Shown here in pieces: positions 49,701-63,518 of a DNA stretch of 64,000 bases. The stretch covers positions 682,001 through 746,000 of the forward strand of contig NW_026250416.1 in assembly GCF_024521635.1 (NCBI RefSeq). Direction: 5' to 3'. The stretch is from Tricharina praecox (lineage: Eukaryota). The notes beneath the pieces were generated by a model. The model saw only the letters and a program-made list of their open reading frames with translations. It searched no databases and was not told the DNA's origin. A program made the translations under genes and the position numbers. How positions within the stretch are numbered: the first letter of the stretch is position 1; each line of letters starts with the position of its first letter.

Positions 49701-50273
49701 TTGTTTTTCCCCAAGTCGCACGACAGTCGACCGCATCACGCATCGAGCATTACGCATCACGATGATGTAGTCATGCTTCAGTGTCGGAGTCGTCGGAGTT
49801 TAAACTCCAAAGTAAGTATGAAGTTTTGTAGCGATCACGATGTAGCTTTCGTACACACACAGAAAGAGCGAGTGTTTGAAAGATAGACTTGAACTCATCT
49901 GCGATCTCGCAGTTGTTTCATTAGCATTATAGACACAAGTGACACATGAACCTCCGACAACATAACCCCTTCCCGACCCGCCCAGCCCCCACCCCCTTCC
50001 CGAAACCTAGTAACGACAACCACAACCAGTGGCCACCGCAAGAAGAAGAAGAAGAAAAAACACAAACACGGCACAAGCACGCGCGCGGTCGGTCCGAAAA
50101 CCATATCAGAAGAAGTAAAAAAAACTGCAAAGCCCGGTATTTGGTATATACAACAGCCTGCTTGCTACTATGAAAGAGAAAATCAAAGACACGTGACCGT
50201 CCGACGCAACCCCCAACCCCCAACCCAACCGCCTACTCCATGAACGAAACGATGGAAGCACAAAGCACTACGC

Positions 50274-51971
50274 TTATGCCTCGTTTCCGTGGGCGCCGTG
50301 GTCGAGCTTCTCGTTGTTCTGCACGTACGTCTCGTGGGGGACCCACTTGGCGGAGGTGCGGGCGGTGGTCTCCTCGAGCATCTTGTCGACCTGCTCGAGC
50401 GAGAGACCCTTGGTCTCGGGCACGAAGAAGTAGGCAAACAGCAGACAGAGCGTGCAGGTGGATCCCCAGATGAAGAAGACCTTGGCCTTGAGGTTGGCTT
50501 CGCCCTCGTCGACGAGGTAGGGAGTGACGTAACCGAGGACGAAGTTCCAGAGCCAGTTGGAGGCGGTGGCGAGAGCGACACCCTTGGCACGGATGGGGAG
50601 CGGGTAGATTTCACCGATGACGATCCAGGCAGCGGGGCCCCAGGTGGTCGCGAAGGCGAAGATGTAGAAGCACACGAAGACGACGAGGACGGTCGAGGCG
50701 GCCTTGGAACCGGGGAGGGCGACACCGACGGCTCCGACGATGAACTCGCAGGTCAGCATCCATGCGGCACCCCAGATGAGCAGCTTGCGGCGACCGAACT
50801 TCTCGACTCCATAGAAGGCGACGGGAGTGGTGACAACGTTGACCAAGTTGGTGATGAGCGAGATCAAGAAAGCGTTCTGGACACCGGACTGCTGGAAGAA
50901 GGTGGTTCCGTAGTAGAAGATGAAGTTGACACCGGTCAACTGCTGGAACATCTGGAGGAAGACACCGATCAAGACACGGCGGAGGTTACCGGACGGTCCC
51001 ATTCCCTTGAAACAGTCGATCCATCCGGCCTCAGAGATGCTGCGCTCGTACTCGTAGTTGGCCTGGATCTCTCCGAGCTCGAACTTCAGGTACTCGGAGT
51101 CGATGGGCTGGCCACGGAGACGGGCAAGGGCGGCAAGAGCCTCCTCACCACGACCCTCCTTGACGTACCAACGTGGCGACTCGGGGAGGAAGAAGAGACC
51201 GACGGCGAGGATGAAGGCCCAGACGAACTGGATGGCGATGGGGACACGGTACGAAGAGTAGCTGTCCCACTTGTGGGTTCCCTGGTTGACACAAGCGGCG
51301 AGGAGAAGACCCTGTACAAATACCGTTAGCGACCCTCTCGCAGAACCTGATTCGTCCCCGATCGAGCGTAGACAACAACATACCAGTGTGATAGCCCATT
51401 GGTAACCAGCAACGATAGCACCACGAATAGCCTTGGGAGCGATTTCGGACATGTACATGATGACAATGGCGGAGACGAGACCGACACCGAAACCGGCGAT
51501 GACACGACCACCGACGAGGAGACCGACCGCGGTAGAAGCGACCTGCAGAGCGACACCGACCGAGAAGATACCGCAAGCAATGATGATGGACAACCGACGA
51601 CCGATCCAGTCCGCCAAATTACCACCGGCCAGCGCACCAAAGAAGGTACCGGCCGACAGGATCGACGTAACCAAACTCTTTTCCCATGTGTGGATGTTGT
51701 AACCTAGGACACAATACCGATCAGCACGGGTATCCCCTCACTCACTCCACTCTCCCTCACTCCTCAATCGTAGCCGTGGTGGGGTGTAAATACCGGAAGG
51801 GTCTAGGTCGGTTGCGTGGCCGAACTCGCGCTTGAAGAAGTCCATTCCGAGGACACCGTTGATGTATCCGGAATCGTATCCGAACAGGATACCACCGAAG
51901 GCAGCGAAGCCGCAGAGCATGTAGCCCCGGGCGGTAACGGGCGACTCGACCCGAGAGACGTCGCCGGACAT
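50274..51971 (-). CDS. MFS sugar porter, high-affinity glucose transporter type (RCO-3/MstA/SNF3 group), ~511 aa, 3 exons (51971-51794, 51703-51384, 51311-50274)
   Basis: VESPVT...FGGILFGYDSG, DWIGRR, YMSEIAPKAIRG, PESPRW, QQLTGVNFIFYYG, PETKGLSLE; lacks the long sensor-type C-terminal tail. Confidence 0.95.
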
Positions 51972-52807
51972 TGTGTTGGAAGTGATTCGTGAGACCTGGG
52001 TATTGGGTTGGATCCGCTCACTGTCGAGGAGTCAAGTCAATACTGTGTTCTTGTATGGGGGGGTTGGTGGTTGGAGGGGGGGAGTGGGTTGTTATAAGGA
52101 GGCTGGTGGAGGGAGCGGCATACCAGTGTATTGAAGAGCAACAACGGCGCAGAGGAGTTGCAGGTGCGGTGAGGAGGGGAAGGAAAGAAGTGTGGGGGAG
52201 GGGATATGGGAAGGTTTTATATTTGACGGCCGGATTTTAGCTTTGGTTGCATTCGATCTCCAGACGATGGCCAGGTGCCGAGACAAGCAGCCCACCACCG
52301 CCAGCACCACCGTCCCCATGGGGGGAAGGGGTTTCGCAGAGGCCGATGTTCAATTGGAAGGGAGGACGTCAGGGATCCCCCCCCCGCCTCCCCCCCAGTG
52401 CCAGATAACTATACCTAATAGTTTATTGCCTGCAAAGCTCAACCGCGACCCGCCAAACCAAACCAAACGCACATTGTCTAGGCCCTCCATTAGGAAGCTC
52501 GGCGCCACCAGCAAGAGCGGCAGCAGGACCACCACCAGCAAGCTTCCCCAGCACGACTAACTCGTCCTCCCCATCCCCAGCAACGCGGGTTTCCACCTCC
52601 CACCTTCTCTGCCGCACCATATGCACGCTTAGCTTAGCTTAGCCTTCAGGTGGGTAACTTTCTTCTCTAGTGCATGTCGCATTTAGTTCAGAGTTGAGTC
52701 GGACAGGACGCACGACAGGCATCTGGTTTGACTAGAGTACTCGGGTGTAAGGGTAAGTGCTGCCTCACCAATTTTTCCCCCATCCAGCGTAGCGTTATTA
52801 ACCCCAC

Positions 52808-52936
52808 ACAGCTTAGTCACAGCCACTCACTCATTTTATTGTATGCGGCTTAGTGCACCCTAATATAACCTAGTGCTTATTTGCGCTTATAATTCGTAAT
52901 GGTGGTGAGGCACCACTTATTGGCAGTTTCTAGTAC
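52808..52936 (+). mobile_element. ~130-bp dispersed repeat, copy B (inverted relative to 8888-9017)
   Basis: Ends GTGGTG-AGG-CACCAC-TTATTGGCAGTTT-CTAG-T; about 92% identical by hand alignment to the reverse complement of copy A. Confidence 0.7.
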
Positions 52937-55900
52937 TTCGAGACTAGATTATCTACTTTAGATAATTGGCGCAAAATTTCACGCAGCGGTGGCACAGTGG
53001 CACAGTGGGACTTCACTAGGCCCAGTCCAGTCCAGTTGTAGCAGCTCCCCTCCTCCTCCTCCGGCATCTCCGCATTTTTTGCTCATATGTCAAATGGTCT
53101 CTCCTTTTGTATAGCATGGTATAGAACAGTAGCAACGCGACAGATAGGAGCAGCAGTAGCGGTAGGGTGCTGGGTGGGTTCGCTGGTGGATTCCCTGGTG
53201 CGGTGCGGTGTGGTGGTGCAGGGCGGTGTTACCCCAACATTTCTCCAGCATTTCTCCAGCTTCTCGCTCGAATTTCCTTGAACCAAGCAACCAAGCAACC
53301 AAGGAAGTGCCTGCAGGGTGCTGGGTTGGGACGATCACGAGCGCGAGCACGCGCCAGTTTTGGCGGCGCCCCCCCCCCCCCCTCCAGGGCCCTCAAGAGT
53401 AACTCTGGGCCTTTGGCAAGTGGCCGCACAGGTCGCGGAGCGTCCCACGCCGCTGGTTGACGGCATCGTGGCGAAGGTTTCGGGCCACGGACGGTCGACG
53501 GGCGGAGGACGGAGGAGATGGACCGTAGTTATGATAACTCTATTCGACTACGTTGTGATAGAGTAGATAGAGTACCGTATGTCAACCGCAGTTCCTTCTA
53601 ACGGGGTGCTCTATAGTAGCTATAGCGCCCCACCGGTATACCTACGATCGTCGCCTCCGAGATGAATCGCGAAATTGACCGTGTAGGAGCCGCGACCTAC
53701 TGTATGTACCGTATGTGTTCCCGTATAATAGATAGCTTGCCACACCACCCCTATTGCCTACTGATAGAGTATATACTCTCTCTGTAGGCCAGGAGAATCC
53801 CTGTAAAACGACAACAACGACAACAAAGAAGAAGTCGCTTCGTTTTTTCTTTCGAACTTTCGTGTGTCGCTGTAGATATCCCTACTCCCAGAGCTAGTTC
53901 CCAGAGTGCTCTGGACGCGGAAGGCCACTTCCTAGAACCATACCTAGCACAGAACCAACCGATAACTCTGGATACACTACCGACACACTCTAAAATTGAG
54001 TTCTAAACAGCGACGCGCCTACTACTAGTAGTACTCTACTCTAATTACCGTAATCGTGAATCGTAACGGCCGGAGTGGCAAGAGTGGCAAACTGGCTTTT
54101 CCTTCTTTCTTTGGGGGGCAAGGGGGCAATCCATCCACTCGAATGTCCGCGTCGCGGCGAGAGAGCTCCTGTCCAAACCCGAACGCCCTCCCTTCACGAT
54201 GACCGCATGAACGTCCGCCCGCACAAAAACAAAAGCAACTCCACATCCACAACGTGTTTCTTTTCTTTTCCCCCTCTTAGCTCCCCTTTTGCTTTTGCTT
54301 TTGCTTCCTTGGATTGCGGATTGCAACGCTCTCCTCCGCATTTCCTTCGTGGCCAATCACCCCCCGCGCTCGCGAGCCAGCTAGCGATTCCGGGGATCGC
54401 GCGAAATGCGACATTCTAGATTGGGCCCAGCCACCTACGTACGACGTCAAATCTACGCTGCTCTACTCTATTCTACTCTCACAAGGGAGGGGGGAAGGGG
54501 GGAGGGAGGGAGGGGAGGGGACTTGAGTTGAGCTGGATGTGTGTGAAGGGTGTGTGAAGGGTGTGATGGGTGTGATTTTGTGCGAGGTGGATAGGGCAGG
54601 GCAGGCGGCCGTTGATAATTACATACGGTACGGTGTGGCTGGAGAGGAAGTTGCAGTCGGGACGCTGGGTGGGTGGGTTGCTCCTGACTCCTTTGCCCTC
54701 CTACTCTCCTACCCTCCCCCCTGCCCTTCCTGCAATAGATAATCATCAAGTGTTTTCTGTGCTCGCTCCGGTTTCACGTTGTGTTGTGCTGCTCCGAGCT
54801 CGTCTGTCGCGTCTGGAGTCTGCCGGGCCCCCTCGCACCTCCGCATGAGACGGTACGGTAGGTACGGTAGAGTACGGCAGGTTGCCTGCCTGCCTTTCAC
54901 GTGGAATTCACTGGGTGGGTATTCGCTCAGCTCACCGCTGCTGCCGTGCCCTCCTGCTCACCTCTCCGCGTTCACCGTGCCACAGCAGCAGCAGCGGGAG
55001 AAATACAGAAATAAAGGAGTATTGAATCTCGGGGGATAACCCGAATAACCATCTCCCCCGGGCGATTTGTCACAACTTACCGTATATACTCTACTGCTGC
55101 CACCGACCTGTCTGTGTGTAGGTAGGGAAGGATAGCGTAGATTGTTCTGCACCGAAACCGCGGTCCGGTACAGTCAGATTCTGTGTGCACTGTGTGTCGC
55201 ACCGAACTTAATCCTGAGCTTAAAAAAGCCCTTTGTTGCGACGACAAGAACTTCAAACGAGGAACGACGAACGAGGTCATGCGGTGGGCGCGGGAGAGGG
55301 AGAGGGGGATACCTGTCGTATGTAGTAGGAGGGAGGTGGGAGCTCGTCCTGTCGACGGCGCCGTTCCACCAACCGGCACCCTGGTGGCAGGGACTCAGGG
55401 AGGGAGGTCAGCACCGGAAAGCAGGGAGGTCGGTCTTCGTCCCGATGTCCAAACCGAGTGCCTCCCGTTGCGGAAAACCGTCGTCGTCGTCGTCGTCGTC
55501 GTCGTTGGCGAGGGAGAGGGAGTGTTGTCCCAGCCAGTCGCACCCACTCCTCCCCCCTCCCCCCTTCCCCGTCCCCCCTCCCCCCGCATGGCCATGGATC
55601 CGTCTGACTTCAGCATTGGAAACCAACCAGCCATCGATCGTATCGGACTCGCACATGGCACCCCTCCACCCCTTCCTCCCTCCACTCCGCTTCCGCCTCC
55701 ACCCCATCATCCCCCCACAGATACCCCGCAGGCCACCACAGCTCCAGGTTCTCGTCGGAAGCCTGGAACTAGAGCAGAGTAGAGAGAGCCACGATATCCA
55801 TCCAACTCGCTCCATCGCACAAGCGAAGCGTGCGGAAGTCTGGTCGCTGCCTGCACCGGACCAGTCACCAAGCACCAAGCACCAAGCTTTTGTCTGCGGT

Positions 55901-57520
55901 CGCACCCACGCCAGCGGCCATGCACGTCATCCCAAGAGTGGATTGGCAGGAATAATAAATCGGTCAGATGGCTGGCCTCACCCACAAGCGACGCGGAACT
56001 CCATCGACGCGATCTATCAACTCTCCGGATCTTTGTTTGTGCACGGGGGCTTCATGACGTCGTGCGCCGAGCGGGCTTGAAATTTGGCAGTTGGCCGCCT
56101 CGCCACGCCACGCCGCGCCGTGGTGCTGCTGTGCCGTGTTGTGTCGCGCGTGCAGTTTCCCGGTTTGGAAACGCTGCGGGAAGGAGGCGGCGACCACGCG
56201 GCGTGGCTTGGAAGAGTCGGAACCGGGTGATGGATGTCGACGGTTTCTTTCTTTGCGCGGACGGTGGGCCGGTGGTGTCGCACCACCACCACGAGTGACC
56301 AGCACCAGTAGCAGCAGCAGTATGCACGGTATGATACCACCACGGCGAGTCGGCGATAGCGAGACTGCCGGGTAAACATCCCCCGCCAACCACTATACTT
56401 TAGAATAGAGTACACCACCGGAACGCAGTGTTTCGTCGTCGGCGGGATCGATCGCACCTTCTTCTCGCTGAGTCCCTGTGCATGAACTCTCGTGTTCCGT
56501 TCACAGCTTCACATGCGAACGGTCGACGGCGCCGAAGACGGCAGGTCTCAGAGTCCGTAGGTACTCTACTCCACTCTACATAGAGTTCGACCGTCGACCG
56601 TTGCATCTTACGTGCATTCGCTTCGCATGCGGCGCGTTCCAATTGGTCGGCCACTTTATTTTCGTTTTCCTTCTTTTTTTGTCTTTCTTTTTCTGGTTTT
56701 TTTTTGCGCGGACCCCGGCCCGGACAGGCTTTCTTTTTGTGTGACCGAGTGAGGGCGCTTAACGTCTTAAGGTATCGGCCCGAATGGAAAAACCCTCGCT
56801 CGCTGACACTCTGAAATGAGCCGCGCCGGATAAACCTCGACCGCAACGCGACGCACCATCACCAGAATCACCAGCATCACCACCACCACCACCACAACCA
56901 CCAGAAGACTTGTGAGAGCTATGCTAGTTAGAGTAGAGTGGAGCTAGCATAGCGTAGCGGTCGAGGCTGTGTTGGTTCATGGGGTGATGTGGGGGGAGGA
57001 GGAAGAGCCTGGAGGAGGAGGCAGGACTGGCGGAGAAGGAGCACCGGCGGGACAAGGACGACTGCACTGCGGGGTTCTAAGCGGATGACTCCACTGGACT
57101 GCGTATCTCTCCACTCTCCATCTTTCGCCCCCGCCTCTGCTGCAGAGTATCGCTTGATGGTCTCGAGTTCTTGATGCCGGTGGGTGAGATTGTGGCAACG
57201 GCGTCAGGGGAGGAGGGACTCCAAAAACAAAAACAAATCCGCTCTCTCTGAGCTCTCTCTCTGCAGAATCGGTGATGCACACCAGTGTGTCAGCGATTGA
57301 TCACAGCAAGATCAAGCCAATGTAGAATACCGGACTACACCGTATCAGGCCGGCTTCTAGAACCGCCAAGCTTCCGGATACCTGCCCCAACCTAACCACG
57401 TTTCTTCTGCACCATGCAGTGCACGCCGCGGCCGCCGGGCTGACACGTTGTTTCTCCGAGGAGTGGCGACAGACAGACAGACAGATCGTTTCTTCCGACT
57501 GCGAGGGAGGGAGGGTCGTG

Positions 57521-57570
57521 TCTTGTCTTGTCTTGTCTTGTCTTGTCTTGTCTTGTCTTGTCTTGTCTTG
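57521..57570. repeat. (TCTTG)10 microsatellite
   Basis: Read directly from the sequence. Confidence 0.95.
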
Positions 57571-60500
57571 TCTTTGCTCTCAGCTTCTGACTGAATACTC
57601 GGCAGGATCGTGTTGTGTTGTGTTATGTGTGTCGGGTGCATGTCGAGTTACATACAGACGATTGAGAGGGAGGGGAGGGGGGGCGGGATCGCGGGGTTCG
57701 CAGCGCTGCCTCACCGACCACCGTCTCGACATCGAAGAGGGCGCAGGCAGGCAGGTGTGCAGAGTCCCTATCGGGTAGGCACGCACCACGCACCACGCAC
57801 CACACACCATCCACTACCACCCAACACCACGCACCACGCACCACACACCATCCACCACCACCCACCACCACCCACCACCACCCACCACGCACCGCCCAGC
57901 CAACCGCCAGAAAAGCGCCGACCAGAATGTCGGACTTTTCTCCTTCGCAGCATGTTCCCTGCCTCCCTGTCCCCCCTCCCCACCCACCTCCCACCCATCC
58001 ACCAACACCGTCGTCCGCCCAGATTCTCCGTCGCTCTTGGCCATATGTATCATCCATACGGTAGTCGTTCCGACGATACCCTAGAAAAGGATCGATCAGG
58101 CTGCCACGTGAAATGCCGCACCTCGTCGAGGCACACCACGACACACACACACAAACACACACGGGACCCTTTTTTCTTGTCTTGTCTTGTCATGTGGCGA
58201 CCACGCGAGAGGTGCAGACCCAAGACTACAGCTAGAGGAGGAAGACTGCCAGACTGCCACTTTCCCTCCTCTCTCTGCATGTATGTGTGAGGTATGTATG
58301 TGTGTATGTGTGTACTCTACTCGCTCTATATATGCACACATCTCACTGCTGAAGCGAAGCAACGTGGCCAGCGGTGGCGGCGGCGTGAGGGGTCACCAAC
58401 TCTCTTTCCGTCGACCTGCAGAGTGGACGATGTGATACCTATCACCGGTATGTACGGATTGATCGATATCCTTTTTATATGTATGTACGGGTCTTCCGGC
58501 GGACTGGCAGTCCAGTCCAGTCCATGGGGAAGACGCAGTCAAAGAGTCCAGGAAACGGATGTACGAACTACACCACTCTATACTGTAGTATAGTATGGTA
58601 CATATCCGGGGTTTTGCCCAGCCCATCCCTGCCTTGGTACTCCAGTCTCCACCTGCGGAGTTGGGCCCTGGGATGCGAGTGCTGTGTGCATGTCCCGCAT
58701 GAGAAGCTGCGACGGATTGGCAGCGCGGCTGCGCGGGCGGCGGGTCTGCCCATACAGACACATCCGCAAACGACGGCAGTCCGTAAGTCCGTTGGCAATG
58801 GGTAATCATGGCGATTATCGTCCGCCCCCATTATTTATATCCTCCTTCTGGAAGCCCGCACACACGTGGTAGGCTGGTACGCGCTTCTGGAATACTGATT
58901 GCAGTCTTCTACGCATATCCGCAGCCGCAAGGCAACATATATACATACCATATCTGCCGGTGTTCCGTTCTGGCAGGTGATGGCAGGTGCTGGTGCGCGG
59001 ATGTATCATATATACCTCATACTATACCGTACCGCACCGTAAATCCTTCTTCCTATGCATGTATGTAGGTCCTCTATAGACCTACATATACCCAGCAGTT
59101 ACATACCGCTCTGTCCATATGTAGACGCATAAATGATAATTTCTGAGCCGCTGGCATAGATACTCTACTTATTTCCGCAATACATACCCGTAACCCTCGT
59201 TCCGTTTTTGTATGGAAACGGTGCACCTCCTCCTTTGGGCGGAGATACGATGGGGAAAAAAGTGAATGCTTCTGATGCGTAGTTTCTTCACCCTACAAAA
59301 GTAAGAGGTAGGTGCTGCATATGCGCGGCGTCTATCCAGCTACTATCTATATTCCTATGGTAGTCAAGACTCAATAGCACTGGCATGATTTGAATTTGGA
59401 ACCTGAAGAAATTGATTGATCGATCGATTGATTGATTGCAGCAGATGCATCGGAAATCACTGGTTACAACCCACCTTATCTCCGACATCCCACAACTCAC
59501 GCACGGACAAACGCGGAGACCCGCGGAATGGAATGTCATCACCGGCGAGTATGCCGCGAAACGGACCCCATGCTGACACTATTGACGACCGCTGTTGACG
59601 AATCGATGTCGGCGGCACATGTCATGTCGCGGACTCGTCGGCGGTACTCTAGAGTAGAGTACCGGTATGTAGACGGGGGATATGTAGACGAGTCCGCGAC
59701 ACGGCAGGGGAGGGAAGTGTTGACCGAGCTCGAGCTCGAATCGCCGTTTCCCCGTGCCAGTGCCAGGGCTGGCTGTCGAAGCGAGTCGCGTCTACTCTAC
59801 TTACATACTCTACTCTGGAGTCTACAGGTGTAGCGAGGAATCTCGCACTCTTCTCCGAGCGCGTACTCGACCTTCCTACCTACTCTGGGTATCTCCACCT
59901 CCACCTCCACCTCCGCTGTGGATACATTACCACAAACCGTAGATATATCGTATGGCATGCACGATAGGTAACTACTACGGTAGGTGCCGTGCTGACCTAC
60001 CGCTTACTGTATAATCTCTCATCTTTAATTTTCGCAGCGTTCGCTTACGACTTCATTTCTCACCTGTCGTTTCTGCTTCTGCTTCTGCTTCCCCGCCGTT
60101 GCCGCACGGTTTTTGGTGGCGTCGATGCGTCGCTAACCGTTGACGAGTGGCGTACTCTAAATACCATGTATCTACTCCACTTCTGCAACTTCTGCACCCA
60201 GCGCTAGATACTCCACAGCACTCACAGCACTCGCGACGGTCGCGAGTACTCTGGTTACTTGGGAAGTAAGTATCCGGACGCCCCAGAAACACTCGCGGCG
60301 AGCGGTGCCCACGCACGGCGGTAGCGTGTCCGAGCAGTTTTAAAGCCACTCTTCCCCATTCTACTCTACTTACATACATAGCGATAGTTACGGTAGCAAA
60401 CACTAGTTAACCCACTCGAGCTTCCCTATCGCGTTAGCGCCCACCTCGCCCCGCCCCGCCCACCACGCTTCACTTCCCCGCTCCCTCCACGGTCCACCAC

Positions 60501-60585
60501 CGCGAAGCTCGATCTCCAAAACCAAACCAAACCAAACCAAAGCCAAAGCCAAACCAAACGCACATTTCTCACCCACTTAGATAGT

Positions 60586-60637
60586 TACGCCCACGCCCCG
60601 CCCACGCCCCGCCCACGCCCCGCCCACGCCGGCCACG
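60586..60637. repeat. 11-bp GC-rich tandem repeat (GCCCACGCCCC) x~4
   Basis: Read directly from the sequence. Confidence 0.9.
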
Positions 60638-63518
60638 TTTTGCTCACCCGCTGCAGCAGCAGCAGCCTACACTACAACCTGCAGGTATATACGTAGGTGC
60701 AGGAGCTCGCCGGTTCCGTGGGTGCGTCGGCTGCGTGGGTGTCGGCTGCGTGGGTGGTGGGTTATATGTAGTGGGTGGTCACTGGTGGTGCTGGTGGGTG
60801 GAGTTTTCTCGCGTCGGGTAGCGGGGAGTGGGCTGGGTGGGGTAGACTCTACAAAATATACCATGACCGCTGCCAGAGTGTTTACTTACACGAGCCACAG
60901 TCGTGGGCTCGTGTCGTGGGCTTTAGAGTAGGTAGAGTAGGTAGAGTACTATACAGATGTCGGAAACATCCCGTTGGCTGCAGGCTGCGGTGGGTCGTAT
61001 ATACGGTATACCGGTAGCTGGGGGAGGAACCGTAACCGTCGCCGTAACCGTGAACCTCGATACCCCACCAGAATCTGCAACTTCGGCTTACGTGAACAAA
61101 CGAAGGAACGAACGCTCATGTTCCTTCTACATGCATAGAGCATACTGGCAGTCTCCCGCCGACTTCGGAATCGCCGCCATACCGGAAGTCTACATAGTCT
61201 ACATAGTCGGCATCATCCGCTGAATCATCACCATCGGCGCTGGGCCATTGCGAGGTGTGTGGGGGCCGGGGAGGGCGGGGGAGGCGAGCTGGAGGTGGAG
61301 GTGAAGTTATCGACAACACTACGCACTACGTACCCCATGGGAAAGCGGTAGAGCGCAGAGGAGTGGAGTAACGCCGCCCGGGGTTTAAAATGCCGAAGTT
61401 CGATTCCGAAGGTTGATTCCGTGGCGGGCTCGTTCGATATTACTGCGAATTCCGAGCCCACTGCGAGCCTATTGCGAGCCTATTGCAAGCCCACTACGAT
61501 TCTGCGAGCCCACTGCGACCACTGCGACCACTACGACCACTGCGAGCCCACTGCGAAGTTCGAACCACAGGGCGTTGCGCCACTCACCTACTCTACCTAC
61601 TCTAGAGTAGTCCAGCGGTTACGCTGCATCTTATGTATCTACATACTGCACGTATGTAGGCTCTAGTATCTGACTGCCTGGAAGCGCCCCGGCCCTCGAC
61701 TGGACTGGACTCGACGGATGTGCTATGGCAAGATAGGCAGAGCATCTACACACGCGTGGGCCTGGGCGCTGGCCACTGGCCCACCGCTAAGTTTTAACCC
61801 GGTGCTGGGAATCGCGTGGGGAGCCCGTGGGGACGCCGTGGGGACGGACGCCGTGGGGAAGTGGATTAACTACGGTATGGGCCTGGAGCCTGGAGGAGCC
61901 GGAGCAAGCAAGCCACTGAAAGTGTTCTCGTGGTGGCGTGGTGACGTGGGCACTGGTTGGTGGTTGGAGGTTGGTGGTTGCTGGATGGTAGTTGGTGGAT
62001 GGTGGATGGTGGCGTGGTTCGCGATGGCGATAGCGATGGCGTAGGTGGAGGATGTAGGTGGAGGTGTGCATGATAGACGCGTGGGAGTAGACCGGAGCGT
62101 GCCGTAGCTGGGACTGATGAGTAATCATTAGAGTGCATGCTTTACCGGTAATACTCCAACTAGCGGAAGCTGCCGGGGAGGCTTCCGGGGTCACGGTGGT
62201 TGGCGGATTATCTGCCCGTCCTCGACTCCTCGAGGCTCAGCTGCACGATTGAGATCTGGATAACCATGATACATCTACATACGGTACTAGAGTATGCTCT
62301 ATATCCGTGCTGTAACCGGAGAGGCGTGTCCCGTAACCGCTACGGTAGAAACGCGGATATATCTGTACCAGGCGATATCACTCGATTCTGCAGCGGACAA
62401 TGGGCATTTGGTGGATTCGCGATCGCAACCGGTGGATACATGGATACATGCTTGACCCCCTCGCATCCAATTCGCTTCACCTTCCCAGGTAATACCGACT
62501 GCCGACTGCCGAATGCCCACTGCTGCCCTGAAGGCTGAACCTAGGTATTTACTCTACCGTAACCGTGTGTATGATGTATCTCGGTCTTCCCAACTACATA
62601 TGCGCGAGTACTGCACCTCCTCCTCCTCCGCCGCCGCCATCCGAAATCTCCGGCGCAGCCAGAGCCCGCCCTTGCACTTATACTTGCACGCATCCTGCTC
62701 CGACTCCGGCTCCGAGCACTGTAACGCAGCCACGCGGGAGGCCGCGCAGACCGAGTATGTAAATAGGTCTAAGTCTCATCGCCGGTTCTGCGGGCTGGCG
62801 CGATGCCGCCGAACGGAAGTGCAGGTCGCGCCGGTTCCGGAATCGAAGCGGAGTGCAAGTTTTCTAGTGCTAGGTACTAGATAGTAACTGGTTCTTTAGT
62901 TCTCCCGATCCGTCGTGTACTTTCGTGTGACGGTGTGAGTGCGACGGTGCGACTGCTCCTGCATGTTCCCAACTAGTGAGTCATTTCCGCGGGATTCCGA
63001 AGTGGCTGTGGCTGTGGAGGTGGATCTGTATATCTAGTTACCTCTCGCGCGAAAGAAAGAGGTGCAACTTCCGAAACCTCCTGCTCCGATGGGATGGAGG
63101 GGGGAGTACACTGTACATCTCTCACCCCTCATCTCGCATCTCGCAAGAGACCAGCGTGTGTGTGCCGACACCCCCTGAATATCATTCCGGCGGGGGAGGC
63201 CGGCAGCCTGCGAGCCTGCGACTCGTCACTCGTGTGACGCTGAATGCTGAGTATTGGCTTTCTGCCCCGCGGGGTATCGTTACCGTTATTAGGCAGTAGG
63301 TACCGTATCAAAGTGGGGTTGGTAGCCGGTAGGTAGCGATGCGTTGGAGGGGTCGGTAGATATCCGAGTGCTCGAAAAGGATAGGTAAACCGAAAAGGGC
63401 GCCAGAAACGTAGTGGTTTGGGGTGTCTAGGTATTTCAACGAAACATTAGCAATCGCCTTGAGCCATGGTACTCGCGAGAGGGCGTTGTGAAACGAGCAT
63501 TGGTGCATGGCTTTAACC

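Noticed and set aside
50289..51329. 346-aa plus-strand ORF
   Set aside because: Antisense shadow caused by the strong codon bias of the sugar transporter.
8888..52936. Starship-type giant element
   Set aside because: No tyrosine-recombinase captain or typical accessory genes recognised, and the interval contains ordinary conserved genes (FKBP, hexose transporter).
55142..58290. Several 180-310 aa ORFs
   Set aside because: Open because of GC-rich simple repeats; no protein-like signal.
61360..61440. GTTCGATTCC resembling a tRNA T-loop
   Set aside because: No flanking T stem, acceptor stem or D arm.
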